From assembly GCA_015066345.1 (NCBI GenBank), contig SVOQ01000002.1:58659-122658 (forward strand): a stretch of DNA of 64,000 nucleotides, read 5' to 3'. The DNA is from Oscillospiraceae bacterium. GTDB taxonomy: Bacteria; Bacillota; Clostridia; Oscillospirales; Acutalibacteraceae. Position 1 is the stretch's first letter; the number at the start of each line of letters is the position of its first letter. Below are positions 55,572 through 64,000 of this stretch, in pieces. The position numbers and the translations under genes are program-made. Under the pieces are notes generated by a model. That model was not told where the DNA came from, made no database searches, and saw only the letters and a program-made list of their open reading frames with translations.

Positions 55572-56426
55572 TTAAAGTCTTGCACAAAGAATTGCCGAAA
55601 GCAATGTATAATTGGGGTTATTTTCTAAAGAACGATGTACTGCACATACCGTATCGTACATCTCAATTAATTTCACCAATGAAAGTTTTTCCGAAACCTC
55701 GGTGCTTTGTTTGCTGAAATCCTCAAGTAATACTTTACCGCCGGACTTCAACGCAATAGCATCACGCAAAAATGATATAAAAAGCCCGAGCACCTCGCCC
55801 GTAAGTTTTTTGTTACCGTCAAGGGGTGCGGTGGCTTTTATTTTATCATATTCGTAGGGTGATAAAATCGCCGTTGCCAACTCGCTTACTATATCCAATG
55901 CCTTTTGAGAATAGTCCACACTTAATGTGTTTCCCAGACTAAGACGCACAACACGTGATAAAACCGTACCGATAACCGCATTGGCATTTTGTGAGGTAAG
56001 AATAAACGCAGTATATGACGGGGGTTCTTCAAGAATTTTCAACAATAAATTCTGGCTTTCCTCGTTCATATGGTGAACTTCCGAAAGAACATAAACCTTT
56101 TTAAGTGAATCGTTAGGTGTAAGGTGGGCTTCACCAACAACCTTTTTAACATCCGCTTTTACAAAATTCTTTTTATCATCGGGTTTTGTAAGCGTAATAA
56201 TATCGGGGTGAATGTTCTCGTCCGCTTTGCGACAGTTTTCACACATACCGCAGGGTGTCATACTCTGTTGACTGCAAACAATCATTTTAGCCGTAAGCCT
56301 TGCGAGAGAATACCTTTCTTCCTCACTTCCGCCGTCAATAAGCACCGCGTGAGGACTTCTGCCGTCGGCAAAGAAACTATTAAGTTTATTTGTAATTTCT
56401 TTTGAAAAATTATTTTCACTTATCAT
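55572..56426 (-). CDS. holB: DNA polymerase III subunit delta'
   Basis: SPHAVLIDG, a CxxCxxC zinc module and LLKILEEPP. Confidence 0.8.
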   Translation of the reverse strand: MISENNFSKEITNKLNSFFADGRSPHAVLIDGGSEEERYSLARLTAKMIVCSQQSMTPCGMCENCRKADENIHPDIITLTKPDDKKNFVKADVKKVVGEAHLTPNDSLKKVYVLSEVHHMNEESQNLLLKILEEPPSYTAFILTSQNANAVIGTVLSRVVRLSLGNTLSVDYSQKALDIVSELATAILSPYEYDKIKATAPLDGNKKLTGEVLGLFISFLRDAIALKSGGKVLLEDFSKQSTEVSEKLSLVKLIEMYDTVCAVHRSLENNPNYTLLSAILCARL

Positions 56427-56749
56427 ATTTTCATAAATTGTTCAACATCCACAACAAATATTGTTGCGCCGCCAATGGTAATTTCTACGGGTACAGCGTT
56501 TATAAAGCCCTCGCCTAAAAACGGTGGAGTTGTTGATATTAACTGACTTCTTCTTGAACAGCAATTTTTGAAAATCTCTATAACTTCATCGGTTTTTTCA
56601 TCCTCAACACCCACAAGCACCGTTACGTTACCTGTTTTAAGGAATCCACCGGATGTAGAAAGCTTCGTTGCCTGAAAAGATGCTTTTGTTATTTCGTTGA
56701 GTAAATCAGTTGCATCATCATTATTGACAATTCCTATTACAAGTTTCAT
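56423..56749 (-). CDS. darA: cyclic-di-AMP receptor, PII-like (YaaQ/DarA)
   Basis: MKLVIGIVNNDDATDLLNEITKASFQATKLSTSGGFLKTGN closely resembles B. subtilis YaaQ. The longer listed ORF overlaps the upstream gene. Confidence 0.8.
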   Translation of the reverse strand: MKLVIGIVNNDDATDLLNEITKASFQATKLSTSGGFLKTGNVTVLVGVEDEKTDEVIEIFKNCCSRRSQLISTTPPFLGEGFINAVPVEITIGGATIFVVDVEQFMKI

Positions 56750-56753
56750 AAAA

Positions 56754-57542
56754 TCACTCCTCAGAATAACCGTAATTTCTTTCAATAACCTTTTTACCAC
56801 GCCACCCATAGGCACGGTTTTCGATACTGTCGCCCCTACGGAAAACACTTCTTGCAGTTTCGTAAAACTCCTTGATGGGTGTGGGGGCAATATTCTTATT
56901 CATAGGGCAAACATCCTGACAGATGTCACAACCCCATATACAACCGCTTTTCTTTATTTTCTCAATGTTTTCGAGGGTTAATTCCCCTTTACGTTGAGTA
57001 ATATCCGATAAGCAAATTTGTGTATTTACCCCGCGGGAAGTAATTGCACCCGACGGGCATTTTTTGATGCATATACCACAATTAAGGCACTCGCCACTAT
57101 TTGCGGATGAGTAATCAAAAACTTTATCAGTAACAATTTCACCTATAAAACAGAAACTACCGTAACGGGGGTTTATTAAAAGGGAATTTTTACCCTTAAC
57201 ACCAAGACCGCACAAAACTGCCGCTTTCACTTCATTTATAGGTGAATTGTCGCAAAAATACTCGAATTCATTTTCGGGATATTCCTCTTTAAGAATATCC
57301 TTGATTCTGCCGAGATATTCCCTGACTATATTGTGATAATCATCGGGCACGGCGTATTTTGAAATGTTTGAATTTATATAGTACTCCTCGCCCAACCAAT
57401 ATGGGAAAAGATACACAATAACACTTTTTGCCCCTTGTGGAATACGCTCTTTTGCTCTACACGAAAACAATTTGCCTACCTTGTCAAACTCGCATACACC
57501 ACAGGGTAAAATATCATAAAAAGGTAATTTCTTATTCATCAC
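56754..57542 (-). CDS. QueG-like epoxyqueuosine reductase family 4Fe-4S protein
   Basis: CLNCGICIKKCP and CDICQDVCP cluster motifs. Shorter than canonical QueG. Confidence 0.5.
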   Translation of the reverse strand: MMNKKLPFYDILPCGVCEFDKVGKLFSCRAKERIPQGAKSVIVYLFPYWLGEEYYINSNISKYAVPDDYHNIVREYLGRIKDILKEEYPENEFEYFCDNSPINEVKAAVLCGLGVKGKNSLLINPRYGSFCFIGEIVTDKVFDYSSANSGECLNCGICIKKCPSGAITSRGVNTQICLSDITQRKGELTLENIEKIKKSGCIWGCDICQDVCPMNKNIAPTPIKEFYETARSVFRRGDSIENRAYGWRGKKVIERNYGYSEE

Positions 57543-58480
57543 AATTTATCTAAAAAACCGCTCAACGCTACCATAAGGGGTATTGTTAATACAGAAAGAC
57601 CGGAGTTAAAAGCAACCACCTGTGAGGCTACACCCGTATCCTTACCATATTTAGCGGAAAACATTACGGTGTTATTGGCACTTGGAACGGATGCGGAAAT
57701 CATACACGCCGAAAGCAATGTACCCGATACACCCACAAGTTTATATATGCCGAGCATTATAGCGGGTAAAGCCAATAATTTTAAAAGTGCCACAAGGTAA
57801 TTTTCTTTGAGTTTAAACATATTTTTCAAATCCGTATTTGCTATATACGTGCCGAAAAAAAGCATTGCCAAAGGGGTATTAAGATTTGACACGTGACCAA
57901 TCGCAGTGTCGAAAACCTGGGGCAGATTAATATCAAAAATAAAAAACGGCATACCTATAAGCACCGATATAACACCGGGATTAAAAAGCAATTTTTTAAA
58001 ATCAAATGACGAGTTGCCCTTGCTTTTTGTCATTACCCATATACCGTGGGTAAAAGAGAAAATATTAAATGCAACCACACCTGCAGAACAATAAAAAACG
58101 CCTTCATTCCCTAACATTGCCTGACACAGGGGCAACGCCATATATCCCATATTACCGTAGTTTACGGCATATTTGAAAATGGCTTTATTATCACCTGATT
58201 TATTGAAAAAAGGTATGGAAATGAGCATACCCATAGTGAGAGTACCCGCCATACACAAAAAGGCAATTCCGAGAGATTTCACCGTTTTTACGTCAAAAGT
58301 CATATTCATAAATGACTGAATTATAACGCAGGGGGTGATTATATAAAACAACAAATCATTTGAAAGTTTCGCGGTGGTCTGTTTAAATACTTTCAACTTA
58401 TCCGCCGCAAAACCCACCGCTACAATCAGGTACAAAATAAGCACCTGTTGGGCGGTATTCGTCATACTTTCAAAAAACAT
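57539..58480 (-). CDS. AEC (auxin efflux carrier) family transporter
   Basis: 313 aa, 10-TM profile, family-typical N-terminus. Confidence 0.75.
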   Translation of the reverse strand: MFFESMTNTAQQVLILYLIVAVGFAADKLKVFKQTTAKLSNDLLFYIITPCVIIQSFMNMTFDVKTVKSLGIAFLCMAGTLTMGMLISIPFFNKSGDNKAIFKYAVNYGNMGYMALPLCQAMLGNEGVFYCSAGVVAFNIFSFTHGIWVMTKSKGNSSFDFKKLLFNPGVISVLIGMPFFIFDINLPQVFDTAIGHVSNLNTPLAMLFFGTYIANTDLKNMFKLKENYLVALLKLLALPAIMLGIYKLVGVSGTLLSACMISASVPSANNTVMFSAKYGKDTGVASQVVAFNSGLSVLTIPLMVALSGFLDKL

Positions 58481-58492
58481 TTTTACCTACTC

Positions 58493-60610
58493 TTAATCTG
58501 AATCTTTTTTGTTTCTTAAATCTGCAAGAGAAACAATCTTCAAAGGTTCGTCGTCCTCGATTTTTTTCTTTTTCTTGCCAAAGGTCTTGGGAGCCTTCTG
58601 AGGTTTTTCCTTTCTGACCTTTTCTTTTTTTATTTTTTCTTTTTGGGGCTTTTCTTTCTTAGGTTTTTCCTCTTTTTCAGGCTCTTGAAATTCAACTGCT
58701 TTTTCAACTGTTTTTTCAGATTCTTTAGTATCATCAACTAAATCTTCTTCATCCAAATCATCAATGAGCATCTGTGAAAACTCTAAAAAGCCACCTCTTG
58801 ATTCAACCGAAGACTCAATATTCTCAGTAATTACCGTCTCTGTTTCTTCGGAATTTTCAACATCTTCAATTATTTCTTCGGCTTCGACTACATCCTTAAA
58901 GATTTCAGTTTCTTCGACTACCTCGGATTCGGAAACTTCATCAATCGTTTCTTCTGAAATGATTTCTTCAATTATTTCTTCCGGTTTCTCGTAAACATCT
59001 TCGACTACGGTGCTTTTGACGAAAATATCCGCAAGGTCAAAGTCAAGTCCGTCTTCTTCAGTTTCTATTATTTCTTCGTCGCTTTCTTCGGAGATTTCTT
59101 CTGCACTTTCTTCGACAGTGTTTTCTCCGTCTGTTTCAAAAGAAATTTCTTGGATTTCTTCAAGGGAGTCTCCGTCAATTTCCTGCGGATTCTCTTGAGC
59201 AATGAGAGTATCATCAACCTGCGAATCAACCTCATCGCAATTTTCGATAATTTCTTCATCAACTTTTTCTTCATAATCTTCAACTGCCTCTGCAACAGTA
59301 TTTTCGTCATCCTTACCGGTTATAAGGTCCTCAATCTGATAAAAGGAAATATCCTCCACAGGAAGTTTAATATCAAAAGAACTTGATTTTTCAATTTCCT
59401 TTATATCTTCTGTTTTTTCTACTTCCTCTATAACCTGAATTTCTTCAACATTTTCGGAAATTAATTCGTCCTGTATTTCTTCACTATCGTTGTCGGGTTC
59501 TTTATCTTCTGTAACCTCTTCCGGCTCATCATCAAAGAAATTTCCCATATCGCCGATATTTTTAAATTCGTCCGCTATACTAAATCTCTTTTTTTTTTCG
59601 ATTTTTTCTGTTTCTTCTGTTTCCTGAACTTCAAGAACGGGTGTTACGGTTTCACTGCTTTTAACCACAACTTCATCGTCATCGGGAAGTACAATATTGG
59701 AAACGGACTGCATTTTTTTGAGTGAATTTTTGAAACCCACACCAAGTGTTGAAATGATGTAAACGGTAATAAAAACAAAGAGGAAAAGATGTGTAAAACT
59801 AAAGTCATTACCCTCTACCGTTTCTCTGCCCACTGCTAAAATTATACCTCTGGGAACTGAAATTAACCCTGCAAAAATTGCTGCGGGAAAACCGCAACCG
59901 TAAGTACACCACATACTGTTTACGGTAAAGACTCCCGATACTATTCTTGCGAATGTAAGGAAGAAAAGCATTGTGAATACAAGCATTCCTATTTCAAATA
60001 AAAGTTCCGAAACAGTAATGAAACTAACGGCTTTCATCAATTTTGAAACAAGCACAAACATCGCCCAACAACCGGGAGCAATGGAGAGTAAGCTTATTTT
60101 TTTATAAGTTGCCTTACCCTCAAAATGACTCATACCAAAAACGATAAAATAGAAAACGGATAACACGGCAAAAACAAATTGAAGTACAACGAATACTCCG
60201 CCATTTGCTTTGACGTAGTTACTCAATAATCCGTCATAAACTGCCGAGTTCATACCGATACCCATATCGGGAAGAACATCTCTGGCAACAACAATAATAT
60301 CCCATACAAAACCGATTGCCGCTAAAAAGGAAGCAAGGCCCAAGGGAATATTTCTGCCTTCAATTAATTTGGGTGCGGGTACATTTTTACTTAAGAAACT
60401 TAAGGCTAAAAATAAAACGCAACCAACTGCAAGAATACCGTAAAGTACGGGTACGGTAAAATTGGCATTTTCAAAAAAACCGTTTGTGGGATTCACCATA
60501 ACCAACAACTGATAAGTTCTTATGGCTAATCCGCTAACTGCCATAACTGCAAAAAGCACAACTAAATGTGACATTCTTATTGCACTTAAAGACCCTTTGA
60601 TTTTTTTCAT
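58493..60610 (-). CDS. polytopic membrane protein with a ~400-aa highly acidic tail ending in a Lys-rich segment
   Basis: About 8 TM in the first 300 aa, then E/D/I-rich low complexity, then KEKPQKEKIKKEKVRKEKPQK. Confidence 0.55.
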   Translation of the reverse strand: MKKIKGSLSAIRMSHLVVLFAVMAVSGLAIRTYQLLVMVNPTNGFFENANFTVPVLYGILAVGCVLFLALSFLSKNVPAPKLIEGRNIPLGLASFLAAIGFVWDIIVVARDVLPDMGIGMNSAVYDGLLSNYVKANGGVFVVLQFVFAVLSVFYFIVFGMSHFEGKATYKKISLLSIAPGCWAMFVLVSKLMKAVSFITVSELLFEIGMLVFTMLFFLTFARIVSGVFTVNSMWCTYGCGFPAAIFAGLISVPRGIILAVGRETVEGNDFSFTHLFLFVFITVYIISTLGVGFKNSLKKMQSVSNIVLPDDDEVVVKSSETVTPVLEVQETEETEKIEKKKRFSIADEFKNIGDMGNFFDDEPEEVTEDKEPDNDSEEIQDELISENVEEIQVIEEVEKTEDIKEIEKSSSFDIKLPVEDISFYQIEDLITGKDDENTVAEAVEDYEEKVDEEIIENCDEVDSQVDDTLIAQENPQEIDGDSLEEIQEISFETDGENTVEESAEEISEESDEEIIETEEDGLDFDLADIFVKSTVVEDVYEKPEEIIEEIISEETIDEVSESEVVEETEIFKDVVEAEEIIEDVENSEETETVITENIESSVESRGGFLEFSQMLIDDLDEEDLVDDTKESEKTVEKAVEFQEPEKEEKPKKEKPQKEKIKKEKVRKEKPQKAPKTFGKKKKKIEDDEPLKIVSLADLRNKKDSD

Positions 60611-60638
60611 TTATTACAATCCTTTCGAATGTGAAAAA

Positions 60639-62051
60639 TTATCTTTCATCAATAGGCACATACTCTGATGATTTTTTGAAATCGGAAATTCTCTCATCAA
60701 TGGGAGCATACTCCTTGGGTACTGCCATATTCTTATATGCAGGACGGATAACTCTGTTACCCGAAATAAGTTCTTCTATACGGTGAGCCGACCAACCTGC
60801 CACACGGGCAATTGCAAAAAGAGGTGTGTACAAATCCTCAGGAATACCGAGCATCTGATATATAAGACCCGAGTAAAGGTCAACGTTGGCACAAATCTTT
60901 TTGTTATTGTGCTTTTCGCTTGCGAATATTTCGGGGGTAAGTTTTTCAATAAGGTCAAGAGCCTTGAATTCATCACCGAAGCCTTTTTCTTCTGCGAGTT
61001 TGAGTGCCTCTCTCTTTAAGATAACCTGACGGGGGTCGCTAAGGGTATAAACTGCGTGACCCATACCGTAAACGAGACCGCTCTTATCCCCTGCTTCACG
61101 GTTAATAATCTTTTTAAGGAAGTCCGCAACCTGTCCCTCGTCGGTAATATCCGTAACATCCGCTTTAAGAAAATTCATCATCTCTGCAACCTTAAGGTTT
61201 GCACCACCGTGACGGGGTCCCTTAAGTGAGCCGATACCTGCAGAAATAGCCGCATAGGTATCCGTACCGCTTGATGTAAGAACTCTCGTAGCAAAAGCCG
61301 AGTTGTTACCGCCACCGTGCTCCGCGTGAATCATAAGGCAAAGGTCAAGAAGTTTTGCCTCTTCATCGGTAAACTGACGGTTTGAGCGAGTGTTGTAAAG
61401 AATTGTTTCTGCGGTGGAAAGTCCCGGTTTAATAGGGTGAAGATACATACTCTTTTTGAGATAATATCTTCTCTTAACCTGATAAGCATAGGTCATAATT
61501 GTAGGAAGTTGAGCAACAAGCTGAACACTCTGACGCAAAACATTCTCAATTGAAATATCATCGGGATTACTGTCGTAAGAATAAAGTGAAAGAACCGAAC
61601 GCTCAAGTTTATTCATAATATTGGGCGAGGGGGCTTTCATTATCATATCCTCAATGAAATCCTCGGGAAGTTCCCTTGAATCCGAGAGCAATTTATTGAA
61701 ATCCTCAAGCTGTGACCTTGTGGGAAGGTGACCGAATAAAAGTAACCACACCACTTCTTCGTAACCAAAGCGGTTTTCTTTAATGCAACCGTCAACCAAA
61801 TCATTGATGTCAATTCCTCTGTAAGTAAGGTGACCCTCAACAGGTTTACGCTCACCGTCATCAATATAGTAACCCTCAACGGCACAAACTTTTGTAAGAC
61901 CCGCCATAACACCGCTACCGTCGCGGTTTCTTAATCCTCTTTTAACTTCAAATCTGTCAAAATATTCGGGGGCAACAGAACTGTAAATTTTAAGTTCGTC
62001 GCAAAGTTTCTTAAATTTATCGGCGGAAACATTCTCGATATATGTATGCAT
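60639..62051 (-). CDS. gltA: citrate synthase
   Basis: HAEHGGGNNS, GHAVY and DPR-type motifs. 470 aa. Confidence 0.85.
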   Translation of the reverse strand: MHTYIENVSADKFKKLCDELKIYSSVAPEYFDRFEVKRGLRNRDGSGVMAGLTKVCAVEGYYIDDGERKPVEGHLTYRGIDINDLVDGCIKENRFGYEEVVWLLLFGHLPTRSQLEDFNKLLSDSRELPEDFIEDMIMKAPSPNIMNKLERSVLSLYSYDSNPDDISIENVLRQSVQLVAQLPTIMTYAYQVKRRYYLKKSMYLHPIKPGLSTAETILYNTRSNRQFTDEEAKLLDLCLMIHAEHGGGNNSAFATRVLTSSGTDTYAAISAGIGSLKGPRHGGANLKVAEMMNFLKADVTDITDEGQVADFLKKIINREAGDKSGLVYGMGHAVYTLSDPRQVILKREALKLAEEKGFGDEFKALDLIEKLTPEIFASEKHNNKKICANVDLYSGLIYQMLGIPEDLYTPLFAIARVAGWSAHRIEELISGNRVIRPAYKNMAVPKEYAPIDERISDFKKSSEYVPIDER

Positions 62052-62177
62052 AAATTCATCTCCTTGTTATACTCATTAACTAAAATCATATTTTTAAACA
62101 ATAATTCATATTATTTTATACCATATTAGTGCTCTTGTCAATAAACCCACAACAAAAATAACGGATAGGTGAAAACA

Positions 62178-63161
62178 ATGAAGAAATTTTCGATTATTGT
62201 AATTCTTGCGGTGCTTTCTATGACCATAGTGCCTTTTTTAGCCATAAAAGACAATTTGAAAAGTAACGATACCAAAAAGGAAACCTCAATTCAGACCACA
62301 CAACCTCCAACCGAAAATCAACAGACCATTTCCGTTTTCAGAAGTATTACAAACACCGCTGAAGAAATAGATATGTTCGAATATGTGTGCGGTAGTGTTG
62401 CGGCAGAAATGCCCCTCGCCTACCACGAGGAAGCCTTAAAAGCACAGGCAGTTGCCTGTTACACCAATGCTATGCGTATGAAAGAAGAAAGCAATAAATC
62501 CAATGGTCATATAACGGATGACAGTACTGTTGACCAAGGATATATTGATGAAAATCAGCGAAGAGAGAAATGGGGCTCCGACTTTGAAAAATACGAGAAA
62601 AAACTTCAAGATGTAGTAAAATCCGTAGAAAACGAAGCCCTTTTTTATAACGATGAATTATGCATTGCCGCCTTTTTTGCCATATCCTGTGGCAAAACTG
62701 AAGATGCAAAAAATATATGGGGTAATGACGTGCCGTATCTGAAATCCGTCCCGAGTCCCGGGGATAAATTATCACCCCAATACGCTTCATCCGTAGCCTT
62801 TGACAAAAAGGATTTCACCGATATTCTGAAAGCCGAAAAACTTTTAAAAAATGAACCCAAAACCCTTGAAAATATTATGAAAATAAAGGAAACATCATCC
62901 GGCGGAACCGTATTAAAAGTCGTCTTAAACAGCAAAGAATATACGGGTGAAGAAATACGAAAACTTTTCTCACTGAGAAGTCCTGTATTTACCATAAAAA
63001 CATCCGCAGACACCATAACTTTCAGTGTCTGCGGATATGGTCACGGAGTCGGTATGAGTCAGTACGGTGCCGATTATCTTGCAAAGCAAGGAAATTCCTA
63101 CAAAGAGATTCTGACCCACTATTACACCAGAGTTGAAATCAAATCATACAATGTTTTTTAA
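62178..63161 (+). CDS. spoIID: stage II sporulation protein D (SpoIID/LytB domain)
   Basis: AGGTGA Shine-Dalgarno, signal anchor, and the GHGVGMSQYGA motif. Confidence 0.85.
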   Translation: MKKFSIIVILAVLSMTIVPFLAIKDNLKSNDTKKETSIQTTQPPTENQQTISVFRSITNTAEEIDMFEYVCGSVAAEMPLAYHEEALKAQAVACYTNAMRMKEESNKSNGHITDDSTVDQGYIDENQRREKWGSDFEKYEKKLQDVVKSVENEALFYNDELCIAAFFAISCGKTEDAKNIWGNDVPYLKSVPSPGDKLSPQYASSVAFDKKDFTDILKAEKLLKNEPKTLENIMKIKETSSGGTVLKVVLNSKEYTGEEIRKLFSLRSPVFTIKTSADTITFSVCGYGHGVGMSQYGADYLAKQGNSYKEILTHYYTRVEIKSYNVF

Positions 63162-63929
63162 AAGATATCTCACAACGCACAATATGGCTATGTGAACGGG
63201 ATAAAAACCATAGGTGCCATACTGTAAAAACTTCCCGCCCCCACCCTTTTTGCCGTTATAAAGCCAAATGGGAATAAAAGAAAAAAGAGCAAAACTCTGA
63301 ACAGGAATACAGAAAATCAAATCCTGAATTTTAAAGAAAACCGGACGCCCCGGATAGAATAATATGAACACTACGAAAACAGTAATAAACTGAGCCAAAA
63401 ACGCAAAGGGGAATTTTCTGAACAGATAGAAAGCGATTACAATCACTACACCGGCTCCACCATAGTCCACCTTAAGAACCTCAGCAAGAAATACAATAAT
63501 CACAGTACCCAAACCCGCTCCTGCAACTTTTGGAAGAGTGGGTTCTTTTTTTGCAAAATCAATTAATACTAATGCCAAAACACTGAGAAAAAAAGTAAAA
63601 AGAACATTCTGATACTGAGGAAAAAATGTTTTTGAAGAACAAAATACATTGAACGGGATCTCAGAAATTACGGCAAAAGCAGTAAGCCTCAGCAAATACT
63701 TTTTGAAATTCGATGTATGTATAAAGCCCTCGGATATCAAAAAAGCAAAAATGGGAAACGACAGTCGCCCGATGTAATTCATCCACATATTGCCATCCAC
63801 AACCGCTACTCTTGTGTGGTCGAGAGTCATAAATACTACCGCCAGAATTTTTAGTACATTACCGTTAAGTCCACCAAACGGCTTTTTAACAAAAGGACTG
63901 TTTCTGAATTTACAGAGCATATCTTTCAC
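63144..63929 (-). CDS. TraX family membrane protein
   Basis: LKILAVVFMTLDH N-terminal motif. Polytopic. GTG start 7 nt after GGAGG is preferred, so the start is uncertain. Confidence 0.7.
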   Translation of the reverse strand: MKDMLCKFRNSPFVKKPFGGLNGNVLKILAVVFMTLDHTRVAVVDGNMWMNYIGRLSFPIFAFLISEGFIHTSNFKKYLLRLTAFAVISEIPFNVFCSSKTFFPQYQNVLFTFFLSVLALVLIDFAKKEPTLPKVAGAGLGTVIIVFLAEVLKVDYGGAGVVIVIAFYLFRKFPFAFLAQFITVFVVFILFYPGRPVFFKIQDLIFCIPVQSFALFSFIPIWLYNGKKGGGGKFLQYGTYGFYPVHIAILCVVRYLLKNIV

Positions 63930-64000
63930 CGTAACCACCTCCCCATTTATCCATCGCAGAAATTATATCACACAACACTCTCGCAGACAACCAAAAATTT

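Overview
This is a low-GC Bacillota (Clostridia) chromosomal segment. A dockerin-bearing enzyme together with spoIID and yaaT suggests a Ruminococcus/Oscillospiraceae-like organism, but that is inference only. It carries about 60 tightly packed genes, mostly housekeeping. In order: a chromate-transporter pair and type III glutamine synthetase; hflX; a BY-kinase; a PqqD/S26-peptidase/nucleotidyltransferase operon; a MATE pump; trmB; a galacturonate module (yfcC-like, uxaB, uxaA); rlmB; serS; parB/parA; rsmF-like and rsmE. Then a Fic/Doc-like gene, tRNA-Thr, a GH3 beta-glucosidase, a dockerin lipase and birA. Then thiT with a TPP riboswitch, a MinD-like gene, mrdA/mreD/mreC/mreB and a znu-like zinc ABC operon. 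Finally a clostridial ferredoxin, yaaT/holB/darA, citrate synthase, spoIID and traX. No rRNA genes, CRISPR arrays or prophage were seen. The parts not explained by ordinary annotation are these. (1) A 2.0-kb cassette (Y1/RAYT-type transposase, an unknown membrane protein and REP-like 25-mers) is bracketed by a perfect 163-bp direct duplication of host sequence. (2) A four-helix-bundle (Avd/23S-IVS family) gene is bracketed by 101-bp direct repeats built from ATATCGY/GCGATAT heptamer-plus-hairpin modules, and related modules recur at other intergenic sites, twice abutting stop codons. (3) A ~770-bp ORF-free, hairpin-rich region contains covarying 20-nt perfect palindromes. (4) A promoter, 116-nt nested hairpin and terminator unit sits next to tRNA-Thr. 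(5) An orphan RRE (PqqD) operon has no visible precursor peptide. (6) A Doc-type Fido protein has its catalytic His replaced by Gln and sits behind a dual-operator promoter. (7) A P-type-ATPase-like membrane protein has degenerate catalytic motifs. All family assignments come from motif recognition by eye; no searches were run.
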